Shown piece by piece: positions 27,317 to 38,173 of a DNA stretch of 64,000 nt. The position numbers and the translations under genes are program-made. Origin of the DNA: an uncultured Planctomycetaceae bacterium. GTDB taxonomy: Bacteria > Planctomycetota > UBA1135 > GCA-002686595. Every line of letters begins with the position of its first letter. The first letter of the stretch is position 1. The notes below the pieces were generated by a model. The model did no database searches. It worked only from the letters and a program-made list of their open reading frames with translations, and had not been told where the DNA came from. The stretch covers positions 53,669 to 117,668 of the forward strand of contig CAZWAY010000005.1 in the NCBI GenBank assembly GCA_964631945.1. Reading direction: 5' to 3'.

Positions 27317-28399
27317 ATGGGCGAAACCCTCAAGGACGTCATCAACTGGCTGTTCGCGCCGACGCGCTACTTCCTGGGCAGCGTGGCGCTGCTGGCGGCG
27401 GTGCTGTACTTCCGCAAGCAGTTCAGCCGTCAGGTCGTGATCCTCACGACCTTCGGGCTCGGCACCGTGTTCCTGGCGTGGGCCGTGGGGGACTACAACT
27501 TCCACAAGATCCTCACCAAGGGCGACAACATCCCGATCGTCATCCTGCTGGCGTCGGTGGTGTTCTTCTCGTGGCTGGCGCTGCGCCAGGCGGTCATCAA
27601 CGACGAGCGCAAGAAGAAGGGCGAGCCCGGGATCGAGCTCGAGCTCGGCAAGCAGAAGGTCTTCACCTGGCCGGACCTGGTCTACACCGAGTTCATCTGC
27701 ATCCTGCTGTTCACGGCGCTCTTGATCGTTTGGTCGATCGTGGTCGAGGCCCCGCTCGAGGAGCCGGCCGCGCTGGCGCGCACGCCCAATCCCTCCAAGG
27801 CGCCGTGGTACTTCCTCGGGCTGCAGGAGATGCTGGTCTACTTCGACCCGTGGATCGCGGGCGTGGTGCTGCCGGGCTTCATCATCGTGGGGCTGTGCGC
27901 AATCCCGTACCTCGACACCAACCCCAAGGGCAACGGCTACTACACCTTCGACGAGCGCCCGTTCGCGTGGACGTTCTTCTGGGTCGGCTTCGTGCTGTTC
28001 TGGGTGCTGTTCGTGATCCTGGGCACCTTCCTGCGCGGGCCGAACTGGTCGTTCTTCGGGCCGTTCGAGTTCTGGGACGTGCACAAGCTCGAGCCGCTGG
28101 TGAACGTGGACCTGTCCACGTACTTCTGGGTCGTGTGGCTCGGGAAGAACCTGCCGACCAACCCGCTGGTGCGCGAGGCGCCCGGGATCCTCGTGATCCT
28201 GGGCTGGTTCCTGGTGATCCCGCCGCTGCTCGGGAAGACGTTGCTGCGCGGCCTGGTCGAGCGCATGGGGATCGTTCGCTACAACGTCTTCATGCACTTG
28301 CTGCTGTGGTTCGCGCTGCTGCCCGCCAAGATGCTGCTGCGCTGGACCGTCAACCTGAAGTACATCGTCGGCATCCCCGAGTGGTTCTTCAACGTGTGA
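27317..28399 (+). CDS. Cytochrome b C-terminal half (b6f subunit IV-like) with extra TM helices
   Basis: PEWY-type Qo motif APWYFLGLQEMLVYFDPW, and PYLD (compare PFLE of PetD). 360 aa and very hydrophobic. Confidence 0.8.
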   Translation: MGETLKDVINWLFAPTRYFLGSVALLAAVLYFRKQFSRQVVILTTFGLGTVFLAWAVGDYNFHKILTKGDNIPIVILLASVVFFSWLALRQAVINDERKKKGEPGIELELGKQKVFTWPDLVYTEFICILLFTALLIVWSIVVEAPLEEPAALARTPNPSKAPWYFLGLQEMLVYFDPWIAGVVLPGFIIVGLCAIPYLDTNPKGNGYYTFDERPFAWTFFWVGFVLFWVLFVILGTFLRGPNWSFFGPFEFWDVHKLEPLVNVDLSTYFWVVWLGKNLPTNPLVREAPGILVILGWFLVIPPLLGKTLLRGLVERMGIVRYNVFMHLLLWFALLPAKMLLRWTVNLKYIVGIPEWFFNV

Positions 28400-28408
28400 G
28401 CGAGCTCG

Positions 28409-31400
28409 ATGGCTGATCGCGGCGACACCCACTATCGCGTCGGCAAGCTGAACGCCTGGTTCGCGGGCTCCAGCCTGTTCCTGCTGCTGGCGACGTTCTG
28501 GATGGTGATCGACGACTGGTCGCGGCCGTGGAAGGGCTACCAGCGCGAGTTCCGCCAGATCGAGGTGGCGCGCGCCAAGGCCCAGCTCGACTCCCCCGAG
28601 GCCAAGCGGACCCTGGCCGACGAGCAACGCCTGCGCGCCGAGCTGGCCGGGGCCGAGCAGCGCCTGGCCGCCAAGAAGGGCGACCTCGACCACGCCCAGC
28701 AGGAGCTGCGCGACCTGCTCGGCAATCGCTTCAAGGCCACCGAGGCCGAGAAGGTCCAGAAGCAGGTCAACAACTGGGAGCGCTTCCTGATCGAGGAGGA
28801 GCGCCTGCACCTCGGGGACCCCACCCACAAGGCGGCCGAGCTGGCCGCGATCGAGAAGGAGCTGTACGCGCGCGCGGGCGTCAAGCAGGAGGCCGACGCC
28901 AAGGTCGTGGCCCAGGAGAAGCGCATCGCCGCCATGAAGGCCGAGGTGACCGCGGTCGAGACCGAGCTCAAGAACGCGGGCAAGAGCATCGAGCTCACGC
29001 GCAAGAAGCTCGACACGCTGGCGCCCAGCGATCCCGCCGCGCAGATCGCCAACGTCATCCGCGACTTCCCCGGGCTCGACTTCATCGGCCCGAGCCTGAA
29101 GGTCCAGAAGCTGCTGCCGACGGACCTGACCTTCGAGCTGAACTTCCTGCAGAAGCAGCGCATCGACATGTGCCAGACGTGCCACGTGCCGATCGATCGC
29201 GAGGGCTACGGCCAGGAGGCGAACCCGTTCAAGACGCACCCGCGCCTCGACCTCTACCTGACCGCGAAGTCCCCGCACCCGTCCACCCAGTTCGGCTGCA
29301 CCATCTGCCACCGCGGCGCGGGCGAGGCGCTCGACTTCCAGCGCACCGATCACCGCCCGAGCGACGAGGTCGAGGCCGCCAGGTGGGAAGAGGAACACCA
29401 CTGGCACAAGCAGCACTACTGGGACTACCCGATGCTGCCCGCGAAGTACGTCGAGGCCAGCTGCGTGCAGTGCCACAAGTCCTCGATGGAGCTGATCGAA
29501 CCGGACGCGCCGCGCGTGACCGAGGGCTTCCACCTGTTCGAGCGCTACGGCTGCTACGCCTGCCACAAGGTCGACTGGTTCCCGACCAAGCGCCGGCCAG
29601 GCCCGACGCTGGCCAAGATCACGGCCAAGACCACGCAGTCCTTCATCGAGAGCTGGGTGTCCAACCCGAAGTCCTTCCGGCCCACCACGTGGATGCCGCA
29701 GATCTTCCACCTGGAGAACTACGCTGCCGACGTGACGGTGGCGATCTCGAACTACGGCACCGGACGTGAGGTGAAGGGCGACGAGTGGAGCAACGCGGCC
29801 GTGGCCGCGGTCAGCGCCTTCGTGCGTTCGCGCGCCTCGAGCGAGCCCTTCCCGCCCCTCCCGGTGAGCGGCGACGCCACGCGCGGGCGCGAGGTCTTCC
29901 GGCTGGCGGGCTGCCTGGCCTGCCACAACCTGGCGCCGTTCGGCGAGGAGGAGCGCGCGGCCGAGACCGACCTCGCCAACAAGCGCCGCGTCACCAACGA
30001 GCACGGGCCGAACCTGCGCGGCATCGCCACCAAGACCAACCCCGAGTGGCTGTTCGCGTGGCTGAAGGACCCCAAGGCCTACTGGGCCGAGACGCGCATG
30101 CCCAACCTGCGTCTCTCCGACCAGGACGCGGCCGACGTCGTGGCGTACGTGTTCGAGGACCCGCTGTTCCGCGACGTGCCCGCGGGCTGGAGCGCCGACC
30201 CGGCGCACTACCAGCGCGACGTGCTGGAGGAGCAGGCGCGCTGGTTCTTCAACCGCGAGCTGCGCGGCGAGCTCGAGCGACGCTTCCAGGACGAGTGGAA
30301 GGACGACCAGATCCTGCTGGTGGCGCTGGGCGAGAAGTGGGTCCTGGGCCAGGGTTGCCACTCGTGCCACTCGATCCCCGGTCTGGAGAGCGCGCAGCCG
30401 ATCGGCACCGAACTCACCAACTGGGCCTCGAAGACGGTCGACAAGCTCGACTTCGGCTTCATGCACGAGATCCTGGGCGAGGAACACGGCTGGAGCCACG
30501 AGCAGACGCTGGAGTTCAAGGAGTACCGCGAGAACTTCCTGGAGCAGAAGCTGCGCGCGCCGCGCTCCTACGACCGCCGCAAGATCAAGAACCCGACCGA
30601 GCGGCTGAAGATGCCGTGGTTCAACTTCACCGAGCACGAGATCGAGTCGATCACCTGTTTCGTGGCGGGACTCGTGAACGACGAGGTCGCGCGCGCGCGC
30701 ATGGTGCCGACGCCCGAGCAGCTGGCCATGGACACGGGCCTGCGCGTGCTGCGCCAGAAGAACTGCGTGGGCTGCCACCAGCTCGAGCCGGGGCGCATCG
30801 CCTTCAAGGACGAGCAAGGCGCCCAGCACGACGTGCGCGGCCAGTTCCTGGTCTTCGACGAGGACGTGCTGCCGCCGCCCATGCGTGGCTTCGCCGAGTA
30901 CGTGGCCAAGTACGAGGCCGACGTCGGTGAGCTGGAGGAAGTCATCGTGCAGCTGCTCGCGCCCGCGCCCGGCCTGGGCGACGTGGGCGACACGGTCGTG
31001 ATCTCCGACGTCGACAGCATCCGCGTCACGCCTCCCAAGGGCGGCGACCTGGTCGAGCTGGTCGGCGAGTACTACCTGTACGGCGACGACCACCACACCG
31101 ACGTGGAGGACGTCGACGGCGAGCGCCGCGCGTACACCGAAGAACCCTACGAGAAGGTGCGCTGGACCTTCGCGCCGCCCGTGCTCTGGAACGAGGGCGG
31201 CAAGCTGCAGCGCGAGTGGTTCTTCCGCTTCCTGCTGGATCCGAGCTCGCTGCGCCAGCAGATCCGCGTGCGCATGCCGAGCTTCGACTGGCACGAGGGC
31301 GAGGCGGGCGCGGTGGCCGACTACTTCGCCAACCGCTCGCGGCTCGACTGGCCGGCGCGCTATGCCCGGAAGCTCCTGCTCCAGATCGGGCACACGCCGG

Positions 31401-31975
31401 CCGAGGTCGCGGCCGAGATGGAGCAGCTGGTCCAGGCGAAGCAGCTCGACAAGAAGCTCACCGCCGCGGTCGTGCAGGGCATCGCCGACGGCCAGCCGGT
31501 CGAGACCGCGACCGGGCTGGAGGCGCTGATGCGCTACGGGACGAGCAAGGGCTTCACGCTGGCCGGACCCGTCGATCCGGCCTACGAGGCCGTGCCGCAG
31601 CGCTCACCGGCCGAGCTCGCCGCCGTACTCGGCTCCGACCCGGAGTTCTTCGAGACCGTGCACCGCTTGGCCACCGACACCACCGGCAAGGGCCCGAACT
31701 GCGTGCAGTGCCACTTCCTGCGCGGCGCTCCGCCGACCCAGAGCACGCCCATTGCCTGGGCCCCCGACCTGGACAACGCCCGCGAGCGCCTGCGCCCCGA
31801 CTGGGTGCGCGAGTGGCTCACGAATCCCGCGCGGATCTACCCGGGGACCTCGATGCCCGCGAACTTCGCGCTCGACCAGACCCAGTGGCAAGAGCTCGTG
31901 CCCTTGCCGAGTGCGCAGCAGATCGAAGCCGTCCTGACCTGGCTCTACAATCTGGACCGCGCCGTCCGCAACTGA
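28409..31975 (+). CDS. Membrane-anchored octahaem c-type cytochrome (1188 aa) with long N-terminal coiled-coil
   Basis: Eight CxxCH: CQTCH, CTICH, CVQCH, CYACH, CLACH, CHSCH, CVGCH, and CVQCH. N-terminal TM is SLFLLLATFWMVI. Residues about 40-230 are heptad-like and Glu/Lys/Ala-rich. Confidence 0.85.
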   Translation: MADRGDTHYRVGKLNAWFAGSSLFLLLATFWMVIDDWSRPWKGYQREFRQIEVARAKAQLDSPEAKRTLADEQRLRAELAGAEQRLAAKKGDLDHAQQELRDLLGNRFKATEAEKVQKQVNNWERFLIEEERLHLGDPTHKAAELAAIEKELYARAGVKQEADAKVVAQEKRIAAMKAEVTAVETELKNAGKSIELTRKKLDTLAPSDPAAQIANVIRDFPGLDFIGPSLKVQKLLPTDLTFELNFLQKQRIDMCQTCHVPIDREGYGQEANPFKTHPRLDLYLTAKSPHPSTQFGCTICHRGAGEALDFQRTDHRPSDEVEAARWEEEHHWHKQHYWDYPMLPAKYVEASCVQCHKSSMELIEPDAPRVTEGFHLFERYGCYACHKVDWFPTKRRPGPTLAKITAKTTQSFIESWVSNPKSFRPTTWMPQIFHLENYAADVTVAISNYGTGREVKGDEWSNAAVAAVSAFVRSRASSEPFPPLPVSGDATRGREVFRLAGCLACHNLAPFGEEERAAETDLANKRRVTNEHGPNLRGIATKTNPEWLFAWLKDPKAYWAETRMPNLRLSDQDAADVVAYVFEDPLFRDVPAGWSADPAHYQRDVLEEQARWFFNRELRGELERRFQDEWKDDQILLVALGEKWVLGQGCHSCHSIPGLESAQPIGTELTNWASKTVDKLDFGFMHEILGEEHGWSHEQTLEFKEYRENFLEQKLRAPRSYDRRKIKNPTERLKMPWFNFTEHEIESITCFVAGLVNDEVARARMVPTPEQLAMDTGLRVLRQKNCVGCHQLEPGRIAFKDEQGAQHDVRGQFLVFDEDVLPPPMRGFAEYVAKYEADVGELEEVIVQLLAPAPGLGDVGDTVVISDVDSIRVTPPKGGDLVELVGEYYLYGDDHHTDVEDVDGERRAYTEEPYEKVRWTFAPPVLWNEGGKLQREWFFRFLLDPSSLRQQIRVRMPSFDWHEGEAGAVADYFANRSRLDWPARYARKLLLQIGHTPAEVAAEMEQLVQAKQLDKKLTAAVVQGIADGQPVETATGLEALMRYGTSKGFTLAGPVDPAYEAVPQRSPAELAAVLGSDPEFFETVHRLATDTTGKGPNCVQCHFLRGAPPTQSTPIAWAPDLDNARERLRPDWVREWLTNPARIYPGTSMPANFALDQTQWQELVPLPSAQQIEAVLTWLYNLDRAVRN

Positions 31976-32003
31976 ACCCGACACCCCATCGACAGGCTAC
32001 GCC

Positions 32004-32759
32004 ATGACTACTCTCTCTCTGTTCCTCGCCGCGAGCGCCCTGCTCGGCGCCGATCCCGTCCAACCCGCAGCCGTTGCCGGCAACGATTCGTTCGGCACGA
32101 TCTCGGGCAAGGTCGTCTGGGAGGGCGCGCGCCCCGAGCCCAAGCCCGACCTCGAGTACAAGGCCGAGGCCACGGTCGGCTGCAAGCACGGGGACGAGGG
32201 CCTGGACAAGCGCGACGAAACGCTGCTCATCGACGCCAAGGGCGGTGTGGCCAACATCGTCCTGACGATCGAGGTGGCCGGGGCCGAGCGGAAAGTGCCC
32301 GCCGAGCCGATCGTGTTCGACCAGCACGGCTGCCGCTTCCACCCGCACGTGGCGGTCGTCCCGGTCGGCGCCACGCTGCGCTTCGCGAACTCCGACGACA
32401 CGAACCACAACATCCACACCTACGCCAAGAAGAACGCGGCGTTCAACACCAACGTCGCCCCGGCCGGCAACCTCGACAAGCTGGTCGACAAGGCCGAGGT
32501 CATCGACGTCAAGTGCGACATCCACCCGTGGATGAAGGGCTACGTGGTGGTGACCGACGCGACCCACTTCGCCCTGAGCGCCGCCGACGGCAGCTTCGAG
32601 ATCGGCGGACTGCCGCCCGGCGAGTACGAGCTCTCCTGGTGGCACGAGGAGCTCGGCAAGGGCAAGACCGAGAAGGTCAAGGTCGAGGCCGGCCAGAAGG
32701 CCGTGCTCGAGCACAAGGTCGGGGCCGAGAAGAAGGCCGCCGGCGGCCGCCGCCGCTAG
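32004..32759 (+). CDS. Secreted cupredoxin-like (type-1 copper, amicyanin-like C-x2-H-x2-M) protein with C-terminal Ig/CarboxypepD_reg-like domain
   Basis: Signal peptide MTTLSLFLAASALLGA. Candidate copper ligands HNIHTY ... CDIHPWM (C-x-x-H-x-x-M as in amicyanin). C-terminal DGSFEIGGLPPGEYELSWWHE beta-sandwich motif. Confidence 0.55.
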   Translation: MTTLSLFLAASALLGADPVQPAAVAGNDSFGTISGKVVWEGARPEPKPDLEYKAEATVGCKHGDEGLDKRDETLLIDAKGGVANIVLTIEVAGAERKVPAEPIVFDQHGCRFHPHVAVVPVGATLRFANSDDTNHNIHTYAKKNAAFNTNVAPAGNLDKLVDKAEVIDVKCDIHPWMKGYVVVTDATHFALSAADGSFEIGGLPPGEYELSWWHEELGKGKTEKVKVEAGQKAVLEHKVGAEKKAAGGRRR

Positions 32760-32798
32760 TTCGGCCGGGCCCTGCCGGGGTCGTCCCCGGGGTACACG

Positions 32799-32834
32799 GA
32801 AGGCGCTTCCCGCGGGGGGGCGCCTTCTTTCGTT
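32799..32834 (+). terminator. Rho-independent terminator after the cytochrome operon
   Basis: GAAGGCGC-ttcccgcgggggg-GCGCCTTC followed by TTTCGTT. Perfect 8-bp GC-rich stem. Lies 40 nt after the cupredoxin stop. Confidence 0.6.
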
Positions 32835-32847
32835 CCAGGAGCCTCGT

Positions 32848-33165
32848 TCAGGACGGCCGGGGCCGCGGCGGTTCGTCGTCCCAGCGCTCGAACCAGGAGG
32901 GCGGGTTCCAGCCGTGCAGGACGCTGGCGACGGTGCTCAGGGACTGCCGGTCGCGCGCGGTAAAGCCGGGCTCGCCGGTCCGAACCTCGTCGCCGATGCG
33001 CCGGGCCTCTTCCGCGAAGCTGCGCTCGACCAGCTCGAGCAGCAGCCGGCGCTTCTCGGGCTCGGCCGCCACGGCCTTCTCGACCAGGGGCTGCAGGCGC
33101 CGCCCGAAGTCGAGCGAGACGCGAAAGCGGGTGCACAGCTGCGCGATCAGACGACGGGCTTCCAC
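32848..33165 (-). CDS. Hypothetical small protein (105 aa)
   Basis: Balanced, helical-looking composition (MEARRLIAQLCTRFRVSLDFGRRLQPLVEKAVAAEPEKRRLLLELVERSFAEEARR). The overlapping plus-strand ORF 32914..33264 looks like antisense junk. No family recognised. Confidence 0.4.
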   Translation of the reverse strand: MEARRLIAQLCTRFRVSLDFGRRLQPLVEKAVAAEPEKRRLLLELVERSFAEEARRIGDEVRTGEPGFTARDRQSLSTVASVLHGWNPPSWFERWDDEPPRPRPS

Positions 33166-33278
33166 GCGTTCCCGAAGCCTACCTTGCCGGCCCGCGCGTG
33201 GATCGGGAACTCCTTGCTCGGCGGCGTCCGCGGCTGGCGGGCTTCCCTGGCTCCGAGAGCGTAGGATCGGGCGCGCGC

Positions 33279-33965
33279 ATGGGGCAGCCGATCGCCTTCG
33301 ACATCGAGGTAGCGGGATTCCACTGGGACGAGGTGGACGAGATCACGCGCGGCTACCTGCTGCAGCGCGCCAAGAGCGAGGAAGACCGCGCCTCGGTTCC
33401 CGACCGCACCGCGCTCTTCCCCGGGCTCGGCAAGATCATCGCGATCGGCATGTGGAACCTGGAGAAGGACCGCGGCCTGTGTCTGCTGGAGGGCAAGCCG
33501 GCCCCGCAGCAGGACTGGAAGCGCGTCAACAACTCCGACGTCCTGCGTGGCGACGAGACGGAGCTGCTCGAGCGCTTCTGGGAGGTCGTCGAGCGCAAGC
33601 GTCCGCGCCTGATCTCCTTCAACGGACGCGGGTACGACGGCCCGATCCTGATGATCCGCTCGGCCCAGCTCGGCGTCACGCCGAGCCTGAACCTGTGCGG
33701 CAACCGCTACAACCTCTCCCAGCACGTCGACCTCGACGAGGTCCTGCGCTTCCACGGGTCCTGGCGCGAGCAGTACAAGCTCGACTACTGGTGCCGGCGC
33801 TTCGACATCGAGAGCCCGAAGGGCTCGATCGACGGCTCGCAGGTCGCGCGCGCCTACCGCGAGGGGCGCATCGAGGAGATCGGCGAGTACTGCCTGCGCG
33901 ACGTGCGCGCCACGGCGCAGCTCTACAGCAAACTGGCGGATACGTTGCTGCCGCTGTTCGGCTAG
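33279..33965 (+). CDS. RNase H-fold 3'-5' exonuclease (YprB/PolB-exo-like)
   Basis: Start [18 protein letters not shown] (exo I DxE motif) inside ORF 33198..33965. Then [14 protein letters not shown] (exo II) and [14 protein letters not shown] (exo III YxxxD). Confidence 0.7.
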   Translation: MGQPIAFDIEVAGFHWDEVDEITRGYLLQRAKSEEDRASVPDRTALFPGLGKIIAIGMWNLEKDRGLCLLEGKPAPQQDWKRVNNSDVLRGDETELLERFWEVVERKRPRLISFNGRGYDGPILMIRSAQLGVTPSLNLCGNRYNLSQHVDLDEVLRFHGSWREQYKLDYWCRRFDIESPKGSIDGSQVARAYREGRIEEIGEYCLRDVRATAQLYSKLADTLLPLFG

Positions 33966-33996
33966 AGGCTGTGGCGGGGCCCGCGGGGGCCGGGCG

Positions 33997-34404
33997 TCAG
34001 GCCTCGGCCGCGTGCAGATCGTCGGCGATCGGCACGGCTTCCCAGTCGAGGCGTGGGCAGTGGTCGTACAGGCGATCCAGGTCGTAGTAGGTGCGCGCCT
34101 CGCGCTGCAAGAGGTGCACGACCACGTCGCTGAAGTCCAGCACGACCCACCAGTGCAGGGCCTGGCCCTCGATCGGGTGGTGGCGTTGACCGATGCTCTT
34201 GCTGCGCACGTGCAGCTCGTTCTCGAGGGCGCGCACGTGGTTGCGGTTCAGGCCCGTCACCACCACGAAGTAATCGGCCACGCCCAGCCGCTCCGCGATG
34301 CCGTAGACGGCCACGTCCTCGGCCTTCTTGTCGCTGCACCAGCGTGCCAGGGTCGCGGCGAAAGTCTTGGAGTCGATGGCAGGTTCCTCGCGGGGTGCCC
34401 CCAT
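33997..34404 (-). CDS. rsfS: Ribosomal silencing factor RsfS (Iojap family)
   Basis: C-terminal 135 aa of ORF 33997..36396: [50 protein letters not shown]...[28 protein letters not shown]. Confidence 0.85.
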   Translation of the reverse strand: MGAPREEPAIDSKTFAATLARWCSDKKAEDVAVYGIAERLGVADYFVVVTGLNRNHVRALENELHVRSKSIGQRHHPIEGQALHWWVVLDFSDVVVHLLQREARTYYDLDRLYDHCPRLDWEAVPIADDLHAAEA

Positions 34405-34478
34405 GGTAGCCGCGCTCGCTCCCGAGGAAAGGGGAGAAAGCGGGGCGTCCCCCTGGCCCGCAGCGGCCATGGCCGGGG

Positions 34479-36566
<2,088 letters not shown>

Positions 36567-36765
36567 CGCGCAGGGGAGGAACGGGACGCGGGAAGGTCTT
36601 CAGCCCGGACGGCTTGGAGCTGCGGAGCAGGGAGCAGGGACGGGAGGCGCCGGGTCCAGGGACTGGAGCGAAGACCAGGGGGCGAAGAGGATAGTGGCCG
36701 ACCCTCGTTCGGCCAATAGAGGCGTGTCCGAACCGGGCGCGGCGGGGTTCTCGGCGCCCTGGTCC

Positions 36766-37437
36766 TCAGTCTGCGCCCGCCGGCGGCCCCCCCGAGTCTC
36801 GGCGGGAGCCTCCGGCCGGGCCTGCGGCCGCGTTCGCCCGGATCCAGCGCAGGCGGATCACGATCACGCTCAGGAGCACGAGCACCAGCAGGGCCAGGAT
36901 CAAGTGCAGGTCGTGCACCGTCTCGCGCAGGCGTTCCACCTGGCCGCCGAACAGCTTCCCGAGGTAGATCGAGGCCGGGACGCTCAGCAGCACCCCGATC
37001 CCGTCGAGCAGCAGGAGGCGCGTGTAGCGCATGCCCATCGTGCCGGCCACGAAGTAGCCCGGGATGCGCAGCATGGGCAGGAAGCGGCAGCCGAAGATGG
37101 CCCAGTTGCCGTGCTCGTCGAAGCGCCGGCGAAAGCGCTGGAAGCGCTCCGGGTGCAGCATGCGTGCGATCCACGGGATCTCCAGCGCGCGCATGCCGTA
37201 GCGCCGCCCCAGGAAGTACGGCAGCGAGTCGCCCAGCAGGATCGCGGCCGAGCACAGCAGCGTGATCGGGACGAACTCGACCTCGCCCTTGTGCAGCAGC
37301 AAGCCGGCCGCGAGCAGGAAGGTCTCCTCGGGCAGCGGCAGGCCGACTCCGCACAGGAGCAAGCCCAGGAACGGCCCCATGTAGGCGAAGTCCTGGAAGA
37401 TGCGCTGGAGGTCGGCGCTGAGGTCGAGGAGTAGCAT
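36766..37437 (-). CDS. DedA/SNARE-associated (TVP38) family membrane protein
   Basis: GLPLPEETFLLAAGLL and RFLPMLRIPGYFVAGTMGMRY, 223 aa. Confidence 0.8.
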   Translation of the reverse strand: MLLLDLSADLQRIFQDFAYMGPFLGLLLCGVGLPLPEETFLLAAGLLLHKGEVEFVPITLLCSAAILLGDSLPYFLGRRYGMRALEIPWIARMLHPERFQRFRRRFDEHGNWAIFGCRFLPMLRIPGYFVAGTMGMRYTRLLLLDGIGVLLSVPASIYLGKLFGGQVERLRETVHDLHLILALLVLVLLSVIVIRLRWIRANAAAGPAGGSRRDSGGPPAGAD

Positions 37438-37561
37438 CGGGCGAGGAGCGGGGAGTATAGAGCTGCTCGCACGGCCCGCCCCTGTTCGCCTCGATTGAAT
37501 GGGAGGTGTACGAGCGAGTAGGCTCGCGCCCTCGCCATCCGCGCTGGAGGGGAACTGACCG

Positions 37562-38173
37562 ATGCTGATCGCCGTCTTCGGGTTCGACTGGACGATGGAG
37601 CTGACCTACATGGCCTGCGCGGCCGCGGGGGGTACGGTGCTCGTCCTGCAGACCGCCCTGATGCTGTTCGGAGTCGGCGACGGGCACGACGTCGACCTGC
37701 ACCACGACGTGGGCGCCGACGGGCACGGCGACCATCCCGACGGGTACTTCAGCCTGTTCTCGGTGCGGGCCATCGCCTCGTTCTTCACCTTCTTCGGGCT
37801 GACGGGCTGGATGGGCACGAACAACGGCTGGGGGCCGACGACCACCGTGTTCGGCGCGGTCGGGGCGGGCCTCGCACTGATGGTGCTCGTCGCCTGGATG
37901 ATGCGCCTGCAGTCGAAGCTCCAGTCCAAGGGCAACATGGACTCCGCCAATGCCCTGGGTCAGTCGGCACGCGTCTACCTGCGCATCCCGGCCAAGAACA
38001 CCGGCTTCGGCAAGGTGACGGTCAAGATCCAGGGCCGGAGCGCGGAGCTCAACGCCTTCACCATGGGCCCGGAACTGCCCACCGGTGCCCTGGTGAAGAT
38101 CACGCGCATGCGGACCCCCGACACGTTCGAGGTCGAATCCCTGAAGACGGAAACGAAGGAAAAGAAGCAGTGA
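37562..38173 (+). CDS. NfeD-like (YuaF-type) membrane protein with C-terminal OB-fold
   Basis: N-terminal TM helices plus His/Asp-rich loop. C-terminal GQSARVYLRIPAKNTGFGKVTVKIQGRSAELNAFTMGPELPTGALVKITRM is an NfeD beta-barrel. GGAGGGG RBS upstream. GTGA overlap with the flotillin gene. Confidence 0.75.
   Translation: MLIAVFGFDWTMELTYMACAAAGGTVLVLQTALMLFGVGDGHDVDLHHDVGADGHGDHPDGYFSLFSVRAIASFFTFFGLTGWMGTNNGWGPTTTVFGAVGAGLALMVLVAWMMRLQSKLQSKGNMDSANALGQSARVYLRIPAKNTGFGKVTVKIQGRSAELNAFTMGPELPTGALVKITRMRTPDTFEVESLKTETKEKKQ

Noticed and set aside
27122-31393. 1423-aa minus-strand ORF
   Set aside because: Antisense to the cytochrome b C-terminal half and the octahaem cytochrome genes. The plus-strand genes carry unambiguous PEWY and CxxCH motifs, and the minus ORF has none.
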